A stretch of 63,639 bases of DNA, filler included, from Octopus bimaculoides (taxonomy: Eukaryota), in assembly GCF_001194135.2 (NCBI RefSeq). It is 5 parts of 4 records of this genome, joined end to end, with 100 filler letters (N's around TTAATTAATTAA, not from the genome) between each part and the next. Parts side by side here need not be neighbours in the genome. Positions count along the whole stretch, not along the records: positions 40,639 to 55,319 come from NC_068986.1; positions 55,420 to 57,964 come from NC_068999.1; positions 58,065 to 63,639 come from NC_068986.1; 2 more parts are not named here. One strand, written 5' to 3'. Every line of letters begins with the position of its first letter. The first letter of the stretch is position 1. The notes beneath the pieces are model-generated. The model ran no database searches and was not told where the DNA came from. It worked only from the letters and a program-made list of their open reading frames with translations. Positions 51,392 through 63,639 of this stretch are shown here, piece after piece. The translations under genes and the position numbers were made by a program.

Positions 51392-51767
51392 TTTGACTGT
51401 GGCCATGCTAGAGCACCACCTTTAGTCGAGCAAATCGACCCCAGGACTTATTCTTTGGAAGCCTGGTACTTATTCTATCGCTCTCAATTGCAGAACCGCT
51501 AAGTTACGGGGACGTAAACACACCAGCATTGGTTGTCAAGCGATGTTGGGAGGACAAACACAGACACGCAAACATATACACACACATACATGCATATATA
51601 CATATATACGACGGGCTTCTTTCAGTTTCCGTCTTCCAAATCTACTCAGAAGGCTTTGGTCGACCCGAGGCTATAGTAGAAGACACTTGCCCAAGGTGCC
51701 ACGCAGTGGGACTGAACCCGGAACCATGTGGTTGGTAAGCAAGCTACTTACCACACGGCCACTCCTA
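51392..51767 (-). mobile_element. SINE family C, near full-length, with internal CA/TA microsatellite
   Basis: Joins the head seen at 17430 to the tail seen at 35243, 47875 and 58285. Confidence 0.85.
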
Positions 51768-52481
51768 CGCCTATTCTAAATATTTATAAAAAAAACATAC
51801 ATACTTTTATATTTTGAGTTCAGTTATTGTTGTTCGCTTCACTAAACCTTTCTATCTCTCTCTCTATATATATATATATATCTGCGTGTTTACACACACG
51901 CATAAACACACACACACACACATATGTATATATATGTATATATATATATATATATGAGTGCACTATATAAACATATATATATATATGCACTCATGCATTT
52001 ATCTACGTTTATGTATGTGTGTATAAGCATGTATGTATCAATAGATATTTATTTCATAGGTCTACAGAATTTGGGTGTTAGGCGACGGAAATACTTCTGT
52101 TGAAAAAAAGCGTTTCTGGAGCAATTTTCCGAACTGTATCCAGATATGCCATTCTCTTTCACCAATTAAGTCAGGACCTTTCATACTCATTTCATTGATT
52201 TCATGCCATTTTCTGATTTTGGAGCTGTGCGCCAATATATGAAACATGGTTTATTATCACCCTTCCTTTGCATGGACTATAGTTAAATTATGAATATTGC
52301 TTATTTTGTGCGTAAATAGTTTAATCGTAGGAAGATCTTTGTTAGAAATGTAGTCACATTCATTTGACACAGAAATTTAAGCATAAGAAAATCTGCAAAT
52401 TATTTGATTATAACACGATATCCCCCGAAAAATGTCAAATGTCAGTATGAGGGAGAATTTTCTGTTTGTTTCTTTATTCGG

Positions 52482-52525
<44 letters not shown>

Positions 52526-53439
52526 TTGTGTGTTTGAGTATGTGCGTGTGTGTATGAGTTTGTGTTTATTTGGCCGTATATTAAAGAAATTTGCTTCATA
52601 AACGGGAAGTTTCGCTTTCGATCTCATTGTGTTTCATTTTGAGCGAATGTGATTTTCTCCAATCAGCACCTGACAAGATGCTGAAATTACATGGAGAGAA
52701 AATGAATAGCGCTCAGACTTGTTATATGTGTTTCCATAGAATATTCAACATCTTATACGGTATTTCATTGATTAATAGAGGATATCAACAAATCTATGGA
52801 AATGTACGTAAAATGAATTATAACAAATATTTGTGCCTGCGAAAAATTGACTAAAACAGGCTCAGACGAACAGGTAAGAGGACGAGGTAACAAAGAATAC
52901 TACACAGTCAAAGTCCTTTGACTAGAGTGGAAGAGAAATAGAGCCAATGCCGATCGTTCATCGTGTAACTGTAAGAGGAAAAGACATAGCTTGGTGTATG
53001 TAATCACCTGAACTAAGACAGAGAAAAAGGAAGAGTGAGAGAGGGGTGAAGTACTAACTACCACATCACTGCGTTGGTAGCAGATTTAGAAGCATGGAAA
53101 AGCTGAAATGTTGTGGAAGAATTAACAAGAGAAGAGTGGGGTAAGAACGAATAGAGAGAGAATGCAAGTTAAGAAAGACAAAGAGAGGACCAGAAAAAGA
53201 AAACTAGAAGATAAAGTGAACAACAAAGAGAGACGAAAGGTTTCTTGGTTTCTCGAATGCTCGAATACATTACAATTGTTTTAGCAACGAACAAAGAAGT
53301 TCAATGGTTAAATATATATTATAATGAATTATTAGATTGCTCATACAACACATCTTCAGATAGTACATTGAAATACCATGAAATCAAAAACAGGTAGCAT
53401 ATCACACACACACACACACACACACGTGCACACGCACAC

Positions 53440-53493
<54 letters not shown>

Positions 53494-53539
53494 CTATTTA
53501 TATATCTATACATTCGCATACCCAGAGTCACGATAATAG

Positions 53540-54897
53540 CTTAGGAGTGAAATTTAGAATTTCTCGGTTTTCTGGGAATTGATTTTGATAAAATTTTCCC
53601 AGCTGGTTTGCACACTATGCCCACACGATTGTTATGTTTTCATTATTCAGAATCATTAGCATGCCGGGCAAAATGCTTTGCAGTATTTCGTCTGTGTTTA
53701 CATTCTGAGTTCAAATTGCACCGAAGTCGCCTTTGCCTTTGCCTTTCACCCTTTCAGGGTCAATAAATTAAGTACCAGTTGCGTACTGGCGTCGATGAAA
53801 TCGACTCCCCACCTCCTTCAAAATTTCAGGCATTGTGCCTATAGTAGAGAGGATTATTCTGTGTAACGTCCTTTTCTTTTTAATTTTAGATCCTTCAGAT
53901 TTTGGGTGAATCACGCTAATACCGTCTCTCCTCTCTAAGAACAATGGGACGTGGAAAAGGCCTTAACGATGAAGTGAAGTCTGTCATCATCGGAAAAAGT
54001 GTTAAAGGCACCTCTCTTCATGCCATTGCGGAGAAGTTAGGTCGTCATGTATACACGGTTAGACGATTCCTGAATGACTCTTGGCAAGGAAGAAACGATC
54101 CGATTGTGGGATCTTCAAGACTGTGACAGCTAGCGATTTAAAGAATATTGGCCGCAAGTTACGTGGAGAAACCTTGACGAGAAAGCAAAGCCATTTTCAT
54201 AGCATTCGGACGTCCTCCTCTACCGAAAACTATCAAATATCGCATCCTCGGGACAATGACTCAATGACATAATGCTGTCACTTCTAAGGTATCTCGTGTT
54301 CATGCATGACAATGCTCCCTCCTACTCTGCTAGGACCACCCAAAACATTACTAGGGTTTTACAACATGCAAAGTGGAAGGTTGATGTTGTGGCTGGCAGC
54401 ATATCTGGATCTCAACACTATCGAAACTCTTTGGTTCATCATTAGAAAAAATGTTTTATGTCGATGGACGCCAATTTACGTCAGAAGATGTTTTATGGGA
54501 GAAAATGAAAGCTGCAACAGAGGCAATCCAAGCTGGTACTATGCAGAAATTCACAGATTCCATGACTAATAGGGTTTTGAAGTTATCCGTCGAAATGACT
54601 CATTTGGCTAAATAATTTATTATACCAATAAAAGTTATAATATTGTTTTTCTATTAAATATATACACAATGTATGCTTAATATGTAAAATTACCCTTCAT
54701 CTTCTGAGAAAATAAAAACTGTCTAGACGGGCTTTTTTCATTCAAAAGCTATTAACCTGGATCAGCCAAAAACTGAAGAATCTCAAATAAAAAAGAAAGG
54801 CTGTTACTCAAAGTAATAAAAACATAAATGTGCGCAAATCAGCTGGGAAAAATTACATCAAAATCGATTCACCGAAAACCTAAATTTCACTCCTAAG
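53540..54897 (+). mobile_element. Tc1-like DNA transposon fossil with TIRs and internally deleted transposase
   Basis: TIRs CTTAGGAGTGAAATTTAG...CCCAGCTG at 53540-53613, inverted at about 54830-54897; HTH N-terminus MGRGKGL...IAEKLGRHVYTVRRFL (53944); FMHDNAP and LDLNTIETLW (SPDLNPIENxW-like) catalytic remnants. Confidence 0.85.
53650..53856 (+). mobile_element. SINE family B nested inside the Tc1 fossil
   Basis: Homologous to 57315-57530; lies between the left TIR and the transposase start. Confidence 0.8.
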
Positions 54898-55035
54898 GCA
54901 GTTAGAAGTTCATGTAGTTAGAAGTTCATGTAGGTGTTATGCCTAGAGTACCATATATTTGGATTTGTACACTTTTGTTCAAGTGAATGTTTAAGAAACC
55001 ATAAGAAAATTATGTGTTTGCTTTAAAATTTGAGA

Positions 55036-55319
55036 TCACATAGACAGTATTTTACGTAGGATATGGGCAGTTCCCATGAGCACTATCTTTTGAACTTCAG
55101 CCATTTTGGGGTTTCCTGGAATCTGATCTAGGTAGTAATCAGCCCGTTTCGCTGTCATTCCCAGGGCACCTATGACAATAGGTATTGTTTTCGTCTTCAG
55201 ATTCCACATTTTGCTAATTTCTATTTCAAGATCTTTATATTTGCTCAGTTTTTGGTAGGTCTTGACAGATACGTTTATATCGATTGGGACAGTCATATCA
55301 ATGAGTAGGCATGATTTTT
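55036..55319 (-). mobile_element. R4/Dong-like LINE C-terminal restriction-like endonuclease fragment
   Basis: SCLLIDMTVPIDINVSVKTYQKLSKYKDLEIEISKMW..KTIPIVIGALG...VQKIVLMGTAHILRKIL* fits the PD-(D/E)xK REL domain. Confidence 0.85.
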
Positions 55320-55693
55320 NNNNNNNNNNNNNNNNNNNNNNNNNNNNNNNNNNNNNNNNNNNNTTAATTAATTAANNNNNNNNNNNNNNNNNNNNNNNNN
55401 NNNNNNNNNNNNNNNNNNNATGCATGTACATGTGCATGTGCATGTGCATGTGTGTGTGGATGTATAATATACGGTAATCCAAAGCCTGAAAAAGACGCAC
55501 CTCTCTCAGAGGCCTGCGAAACTTTAAGTCGCATAGAACCGTATCAAACTGTTTTAAATAATTTAATATAATTTAATATAATATAATTTAATATAATATA
55601 ATATAATATAATATAATATAATATAATACATCCATATATATATTTATATATATATATTTTTTTCTCCGTGTTTTTCTCCTTGTTTTCTCCGTA

Positions 55694-55762
55694 TTCTTTC
55701 TGTTGAAGAGCGTAGCTTGAAACGTTAAAGACTTTCTGTATTCCCGAGCGTCAAACTAATAC
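55694..55762 (+). ncRNA. Degenerate type I hammerhead-like motif, paralogous to 12551-12618
   Basis: cuuu CUGUUGA a GAGC gua GCUU GAAA CGU...GCG UC^AAA cuaauac; A6 is U. Confidence 0.5.
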
Positions 55763-55820
55763 ATCCTTTTGTTGTTTACACCACCTGTCCTCGTCTGTTG
55801 TTTTTTTTTCGTACATTCTC

Positions 55821-55878
<58 letters not shown>

Positions 55879-57314
55879 ATATATTTGTGTGTGTGTATAA
55901 AGAAATGCTCTTCACGTGATACATGTTTATTCATACAAGCAGTGAGGCATTTAGCACAAAAGTGCTCAATAACTAATTGAAAGAAATGAAATTGAAGTAA
56001 TTACGACCTGGACCTGTGTACATAAAGTGGAACGAAAAATGACGGATAATGAATACATAATAATACAATATGTATGTATGTACGTTTTGAAAAATTAAGC
56101 ACATAAACATAAGTCATGTTTCCTATGTAGTGACTCGTGTTTATATGTTCTATCTAGGTATTCCGCTGAAGATAGCTGACCTGGCAAAATATTTTTCTAT
56201 TTTGCTAAAATAGCTTGAAACCAAGGTACGGAAAATAGATTGGTAAATGTTTTTATTTCTCATTCCCTTTCGAAATTGTCCTTATTTTTGTGGTATGGAG
56301 TTTTACTGCTCTTTCTAGTGGGTTAGATGTCCTGTTATAGGTATCTCTGTATTTTAAATGAATATATANNNNNNNNNNNNNNNNNNNNNNNNNNNNNNNN
56401 NNNNNNNNNNNNNNNNNNNNNNNNNNNNNNNNNNNNNNNNNNNNNNNNNNNNNNNNNNNNNNNNNNNNNNNNNNNNNNNNNNNNNNNNNNNNNNNNNNNN
56501 NNNNNNNNNNNNNNNNNNNNNNNNNNNNNNNNNNNNNNNNNNNNNNNNNNNNNNNNNNNNNNNNNNNNNNNNNNNNNNNNNNNNNNNNNNNNNNNNNNNN
56601 NNNNNNNNNNNNNNNNNNNNNNNNNNNNNNNNNNNNNNNNNNNNNNNNNNNNNNNNNNNNNNNNNNNNNNNNNNNNNNNNNNNNNNNNNNNNNNNNNNNN
56701 NNNNNNNNNNNNNNNNNNNNNNNNNNNNNNNNNNNNNNNNNNNNNNNNNNNNNNNNNNNNNNNNNNNNNNNNNNNNNNNNNNNNNNNNNNNNNNNNNNNN
56801 NNNNNNNNNNNNNNNNNNNNNNNNNNNNNNNNNNNNNNNNNNNNNNNNNNNNNNNNNNNNNNNNNNNNNNNNNNNNNNNNNNNNNNNNNNNNNNNNNNNN
56901 NNNNNNNNNNNNNNNNNNNNNNNNNNNNNNNNNNNNNNNNNNNNNNNNNNNNNNNNNNNNNNNNNNNNNNNNNNNNNNNNNNNNNNNNNNNNNNNNNNNN
57001 NNNNNNNNNNNNNNNNNNNNNNNNNNNNNNNNNNNNNNNNNNNNNNNNNNNNNNNNNNNNNNNNNNNNNNNNNNNNNNNNNNNNNNNNNNNNNNNNNNNN
57101 NNNNNNNNNNNNNNNNNNNNNNNNNNNNNNNNNNNNNNNNNNNNNNNNNNNNNNNNNNNNCATTTAGTTGACTGTCCCGCAGAGCTGCTGTAACCTCCTT
57201 CCTTCTCAGTCAGTATATAAAGCAGACATAAATTAGCAAATACTGTAGTGGAATGCTTCATTTGCATATTTGTTCTTTTAGGGTCCGCCATTGATAAATA
57301 TGAAGTGTAACAAA

Positions 57315-57530
57315 AGCGGTGAGCTACCAGGATCGTTAGTGCGCCGGACGAAGTGCTTATCGGCATTTGGTCCGTCCTTACGTTCTGAGTTCAAATTCCG
57401 CCGAGGTCGACTTTGCTTTTCATCCTTTCGAGATCGATAAAACAAGTACCAGTGGAGTACTGGGATCGATGCAATCGACTCACCCCGCCTCCTTGAAACT
57501 GCAGGCCTTGTGCCAAAATTTGAAATCAAT
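57315..57530 (+). mobile_element. SINE family B copy
   Basis: GCGGTGAGCT head, GAGTTCAAATTCC B box. Confidence 0.85.
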
Positions 57531-57919
57531 ATTAAGTGTACTTAAATTTATTTCAGTTCCCATGAGTTAAGCTGTATAAATACATAATATGTGTGTGCGT
57601 GTGTTTGTTTGTATGTGTGAGTATATATGTGAGTGTATATGCCTGTGTGTGTGTGTGCGCGCGCACATACACACGTTCCTATAGGTAGCTGCACACAATT
57701 TACACATATGCATACACATTGAGGTAAGTATACACACTGCACATGTGAACTCAAGCGCACACACACACACATGCACAAACACACACAAATACATAGTTAA
57801 ATACACATACTCCCACAGATTCACATTTATATACGCACGCTTTCCCACACGCCTATTTCCTTAAACATTTTACGCATAAAGTTTCATATACATAACCACA
57901 TAACCATATACATATACAG

Positions 57920-57964
<45 letters not shown>

Positions 57965-58064
57965 NNNNNNNNNNNNNNNNNNNNNNNNNNNNNNNNNNNN
58001 NNNNNNNNTTAATTAATTAANNNNNNNNNNNNNNNNNNNNNNNNNNNNNNNNNNNNNNNNNNNN

Positions 58065-58200
58065 CGCAAGAATTTGGGGCGTCAATAGCATCTTTTCGAC
58101 TCCAGGCGCATAGCTGAACGAGACGCTTAAGTTATGCCTGTTGAATAATCTCCTGCGCCTGTGAGACTGTGAAATGCTTATCTACTGATCTGAGGAAAGC
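58065..58200 (-). mobile_element. Possible Penelope-like element fragment
   Basis: Minus strand RRLFNRHNLSVSFSYAPGVEKML resembles the PLE linker motif FNRxxxKVSYSCxPN; short match only. Confidence 0.4.
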
Positions 58201-58284
58201 CCTTCCCATGCATGCATGTATGTATGTATGTATGTATGTATGTATGTATGTATGTATGTATGTATGTATGTATGTGTGTTTCTG

Positions 58285-58492
58285 GCTGTGTTTGTCCCCC
58301 ACTACTACTTGACAACCAGTGTTGGTGTGTTTATGTCCCTATAACATAGCAGTTCGGCAAAAGAAACCTATGGAGTAAGCACCAGTCTTAAAGAAAAACA
58401 AAAGTACCGGGGTCGATTCGTTCGACTATAAATTCTTTAAGGTGATGCCCCAGTATGGCCACGGTCCAATGCCTGCAACAAGTAAAAGATAA
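58285..58492 (+). mobile_element. SINE family C 3' half
   Basis: Reverse complement of 51392-51570, preceded by (TATG)n. Confidence 0.75.
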
Positions 58493-59248
58493 ACAGCTGA
58501 TGCAGTCTGTATGTATGTATACATATATATGAATATATNNNNNNNNNNNNNNNNNNNNNNNNNNNNNNNNNNNNNNNNNNNNNNNNNNNNNNNNNNNNNN
58601 NNNNNNNNNNNNNNNNNNNNNNNNNNNNNNNNNNNNNNNNNNNNNNNNNNNNNNNNNNNNNNNNNNNNNNNNNNNNNNNNNNNNNNNNNNNNNNNNNNNN
58701 NNNNNNNNNNNNNNNNNNNNNNNNNNNNNNNNNNNNNNNNNNNNNNNNNNNNNNNNNNNNNNNNNNNNNNNNNNNNNNNNNNNNNNNNNNNNNNNNNNNN
58801 NNNNNNNNNNNNNNNNNNNNNNNNNNNNNNNNNNNNNNNNNNNNNNNNNNNNNNNNNNNNNNNNNNNNNNNNNNNNNNNNNNNNNNNNNNNNNNNNNNNN
58901 NNNNNNNNNNNNNNNNNNNNNNNNNNNNNNNNNNNNNNNNNNNNNNNNNNNNNNNNNNNNNNNNNNNNNNNNNNNNNNNNNNNNNNNNNNNNNNNNNNNN
59001 NNNNNNNNNNNNNNNNNNNNNNNNNNNNNNNNNNNNNNNNNNNNNNNNNNNNNNNNNNNNNNNNNNNNNNNNNNNNNNNNNNNNNNNNNNNNNNNNNNNN
59101 NNNNNNNNNNNNNNNNNNNNNNNNNNNNNNNNNNNNNNNNNNNNNNNNNNNNNNNNNNNNNNNNNNNNNNNNNNNNNNNNNNNNNNNNNNNNNNNNNNNN
59201 NNNNNNNNNNNNNNNNNNNNNNNNNNNNNNNNNNNNNNNNNNNNNNNN

Positions 59249-59286
<38 letters not shown>

Positions 59287-59368
59287 AATAGAATGTTTTG
59301 AATGGCACAACAATGCACTATAAAACAAACAATGGACTCTAATAACTGGTGTAATTTAATCCTCCATA

Positions 59369-59411
59369 GTCTGATATGATATTTCTGAATAAAAATTTCT
59401 TCTTCAGATAT
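59369..59411 (-). ncRNA. Degenerate hammerhead-like motif downstream of a Penelope fragment
   Basis: Minus strand: CUGAAGA a GAA auuuuua UUC a GAAA UAU c AUA UC^; near-palindromic stem III; weak stem I. Confidence 0.4.
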
Positions 59412-59689
59412 CCCTAGGAATTGATGGAGCCGCTGCTACAATCGGTTTTCCAACGGCTTTTCTTTCTTTTTCAGAAGCGTCTCAGCAGTGGTCTCACGAA
59501 GCTCCTTCCGGAATTCCTCATGAGAAGTGCGTGGGGTCGGCCATGTCTCAATCTCGTGCTGGCACATCCGTAGCGTTATACGTGTAGCTTCCTTTTTTCC
59601 CCTTCTCCTTTTTTTCCTCTTTTTTTTTTGTTATAGACAATACATGAACAGGTTATCAAAAATGAACTTGCACGCAACCAGATGTAGCT

Positions 59690-59820
59690 AAGTTGAATAA
59701 TATATTGATTACCAACCTCCAGCCAGTTGTTAATTTGGGGCCCTAGTTTGTGTATGAGGATAGCTTCCTTAATTCTTAAATTACCCAAATTTCTTTCATT
59801 GGCCTTAATTGTGACTGATC
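59690..59820 (-). mobile_element. Penelope-like GIY-YIG C-terminal fragment
   Basis: SVTIKANERNLGNLRIKEAILIHKLGPQIN; similar to the 10330-10610 fragment. Confidence 0.65.
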
Positions 59821-60227
59821 AACAGAAGAGGGCCAATCAGTCTTAATGACAATGCTCGACCACAGGTTTCACTAATGACGCTCCAGAAGTGGAGGCAACT
59901 TGGCTTGGCTACGAAGTTCTTCCCCACCTAGCTTATTCCTCAGACCTTTCTCCTACCGACTACCACATTTTCAAGAAACTCGATGGTTTCCTGCAAAAGA
60001 AGGAGTTAAAAAATCAAACCGATGCTAAAAGTGCGTACAAAGAATTCATCAGCTCCAGAACTCCAGATTTTAATGTTACCGGAACAAATAAACTTGTAAT
60101 TCGTTGGCAAAAATGTGTTGATTGTAATGGTACTTAATTTCATGAATAAAATTTCCGCATTGTTGAAATATATTCTGATGAATTTCATGTTTCAAAACGT
60201 TGCTTACTTTTTACTCAGCCTGATATA
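59821..60227 (+). mobile_element. Mariner transposon 3' fragment (fossil)
   Basis: NRRGPISLNDNARP...LGYEVLPHLAYSSDLSPTDYHIFKKLDGFL...KLVIRWQKCVDCNG, then a TIR-like end TTACTTTTTACTCAGCCTGATA. Confidence 0.88.
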
Positions 60228-61001
60228 TAGAAATAATTAAGATTCAGTTGAATTAGGTATTTAAGTTGAGGCACCAAGTCAGTCCGGTAGTATCTGCACA
60301 GCTCGAAGTAAGGTAAATAAAAATCAAATAAGTAGCAAGGATTAATACAATACCGCCGCTTCAGGCGGCTCCATTTAATCGACCAATGCAAGCATTACAT
60401 CAATTCGAAATACAGCACCATCTTCAGTTGTAAAAATACAGATTTTCAACAGACAGGATATTCTATTATGATATTTCATCAGAGCTAGAGAATGAACGAA
60501 TTCCATGCTGCCAATGTTGTAGCAGAAATAAACTAAGAGAGAAAACAGCTACAATTTTGGAGTGGCAGAAGTGGATCACAGTGAGGGGTCATGGGATTGT
60601 AATTCATTTCCGATTTCTATCTATCTCCTTATCATCATCAAAAGATCTAATGCAGCTAGTATACGGTGTTTATTGAGAAATTAGACCACAGTTCAGATTT
60701 AGCTGCTGGTCATCAATAAATATTATTAGATGTTCTCCCAAATCTTAATTCCCTATGGTTATAAAACCCCTTGACCACATAAAGAACCAAATCTCAGAAG
60801 GAGTCAATTAGATGGTGATAAATGCCCAGAAAAAGCGGTTGGGTAGGAGTGTCATGAACTCTTTTATTATTATCAATTAAAGGGGCCTACACAAGAAAAC
60901 AGGACGCTACAATGGGATCTAGAAAGAGATCTGAAACGGCTGTATGGCATTAATACCTTGACGTTCTTGTTACTTATTTGATTTTTATATATGTACATAT
61001 G

Positions 61002-61033
<32 letters not shown>

Positions 61034-61592
61034 TGTATGTATATGTCAACCAGTTATACATACATAACTACGTACACACCAACTCACACATATATAAACC
61101 TGTCAGCTCTTTGAATTACTAGGTGGTTGAGTATTCCAGAGTCACGTGTACACTTAACGAACACCTCAGTCAGAGTAAGCTTGACTCAGTGAATGGCAAG
61201 GTGAGCTCATTGAATTTCATTTTCCAATCACCATACAGGTTCTCTTTCCCCAATTTCCCACACAGGGACTAAATCAACGCGAGCCTACGATAAAAAGTCA
61301 GTTATCTACGTACAAGGATCGAAACTTGGACCTCACCATTGCAAGAAGAACGTGTTAACCACGTGGCTATACCATGCGAACATATTGGCATTCAGTGACG
61401 ATCAGTCGCACTTATCCACTTAAATACACACACACACATACGCACACACGCATACACACACACGCATGCACACACACACACACACATACACACACACATA
61501 CACACACACACACACATACACACACACGCATGTACGCACAGACATACACAGACATTCACACACGCGCACACACATATGCACGTACGCGCAGC

Positions 61593-62080
61593 GAATCAGC
61601 TAGTATAACACACACACGCACGCACAAGCAGAGTCAGCTAGTATAAAAATGGCGCTCGCACACACATACACACACACACTTACACACACCTACACACACA
61701 CACTCATTCACACACACACACACACACTCACACACACACGTACGCACATGCACAGAGTCAGCCAGTATAACACTGGCACACACACACACACACACATTGA
61801 ACACACATTCACACCGACACACGTAGTCAGCGAGTATAACACTGCCACGCACACACACACACACACACGCACACACACACACGTACGCACACGCACAGAG
61901 TCAGCGAGTATAACACTGGCAGGCACACACCTACACACACATTCTCACACGACACACACGCAGTCAGCGAGTATAACACTGGCACACACACACAGACACA
62001 CACACACATACACACACATACACACACACATGCGCAGACACGTACGCACACGCATAGAGTCAGCGAGTATAACACTGGTG
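61593..62080. repeat. Array of 7 copies of a 23-bp motif GAGTCAGCGAGTATAACACTGGC separated by (CA)n-like spacers
   Basis: Copies at about 61593, 61631, 61755, 61824, 61898, 61961 and 62057. Confidence 0.9.
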
Positions 62081-62379
62081 CGTACACACACACGCAACCT
62101 CTTGGTGACACAGACTGAACTGCTCACGAGAGACCACAACCAGAGAAAGTTAGACCGAGGGAAGGAGAAGAAGAAGAGGAAACCTGTATAATTTACAGAA
62201 ACAACCAGAAAATAAATAACACCTGCAATTTCTGTTTTGTGTGTGATTGTTGTTGTTGTTGTTGCTGCTGTTGTTTTTGTTGTTTGTCTCAGATGATATT
62301 TATCTGAATAGAGCCACACCTGGCAAAACAGCGAGCACGTCGTAACTTTCTGACGGAGGAAAAACAAACGAAACACACG

Positions 62380-62815
62380 GACATGTGTGTGTGTGTGTGT
62401 GTGTGTGCATGGGTGTGTGTGTGTGCGTGTGCATGTGTATGTGTGTGTGTATGTGTGTGTATGTATGTATGTGTATGTATGCATATATGTATGTATGTAT
62501 GTGTATGTGTGTGTATGTATGTCTGTATGTCTGTATGTGTGTGTGTATGTATGTCTGTATGTGTGCGTGCGTATGTATGCATGTGTGTGTATGTGTGTGT
62601 ATGTGTGTGTATGTGTGTGTATGTATGTATGTCTGTATGTGTGTGTGTGTATGTATGTCTGTATGTGTGTGTGCGTATGTATGCATGTGTGTGTATGTAT
62701 GTATACAATATACATACGTACATACAAGCATACATACGTACATATGTATAAGTGTATGTATATATATATATATATATGTGTGTGTGTGAGCGTGTGTGAG
62801 TATGAGTATGTGTGA
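62380..62815. repeat. Compound (TG)n/(TATG)n microsatellite
   Basis: Direct reading; source of the CV/HT ORFs. Confidence 0.95.
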
Positions 62816-62872
62816 AACCTATCAGCTTTAATAAAAGTATACACACACACACACATACATACATACATACAT

Positions 62873-62934
<62 letters not shown>

Positions 62935-63593
62935 NNNNNNNNNNNNNNNNNNNNNNNNNNNNNNNNNNNNNNNNNNNNNNNNNNNNNNNNNNNNNNNNNN
63001 NNNNNNNNNNNNNNNNNNNNNNNNNNNNNNNNNNNNNNNNNNNNNNNNNNNNNNNNNNNNNNNNNNNNNNNNNNNNNNNNNNNNNNNNNNNNNNNNNNNN
63101 NNNNNNNNNNNNNNNNNNNNNNNNNNNNNNNNNNNNNNNTATATATATATTTGTATTTATAAATAGGGTGTATATGTATGGAAGTACATATGCATATCTT
63201 TGAATCTTAAATAAATGTATATATATATATATATATACATAGATATACATACATGTAAATATAATATATGTATAGGAAAACGTGTGTGTGGGTGTATTGA
63301 AATCCACGGCGAATACAATCACACACACCGACACACATAGATTTGCATAGCAATATGAATTTCTCCATATATAAGAACACACGCACACACACACAAACAC
63401 ACACATCTACATGCATACACTGCACGTATACACACACACACACACACATTGCACGTACACACACACAAGAAAGAGAGAGAGAGAAAGAAAGAATGAGAGA
63501 GAACGAAAGATATATTTATAAGCATAGCATAAGATAGAAAGCAGAAACCTTTCGAATTTTATTTGACTGCAATAACCGTTACATCGGACGATT

Positions 63594-63639
<46 letters not shown>

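Noticed and set aside
56160-56205. CTGAAGA...palindrome AAAATATTTT as a hammerhead
   Set aside because: G12 missing and no stem I
61593-62080. CRISPR array
   Set aside because: Eukaryotic context, low-complexity spacers of uneven length, no cas genes

Overview
AT-rich, microsatellite- and gap-riddled eukaryotic genomic DNA. The SINE families and repeat landscape point to a coleoid cephalopod, probably Octopus (inference from recalled repeat families, not a database match). One protein-coding gene is readable on the + strand at about 5.7-17.3 kb. It has a TATA/Inr promoter with a short non-coding exon 1, a signal peptide + LRRNT exon (8112-8322), and six 72-bp phase-2/2 exons each encoding one 24-aa LRR. 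Two further exons together encode a 12-Cys three-finger (Ly6/uPAR-like) domain. The LRR-to-three-finger link and the 3' end of the gene are not resolved because of gaps. The rest is mostly transposon debris: several tRNA-derived SINE families, CRE, R4/Dong, RTE and Penelope-like retroelement fragments, Tc1 and mariner fossils, a ~1 kb MITE-like element, and minisatellites. About seven hammerhead-ribozyme-like motifs, some near Penelope fragments, are scattered through the window. Nearly all ORFs in the supplied track are artefacts of microsatellites, N gaps or SINEs. There is no rRNA, genuine tRNA or CRISPR array.
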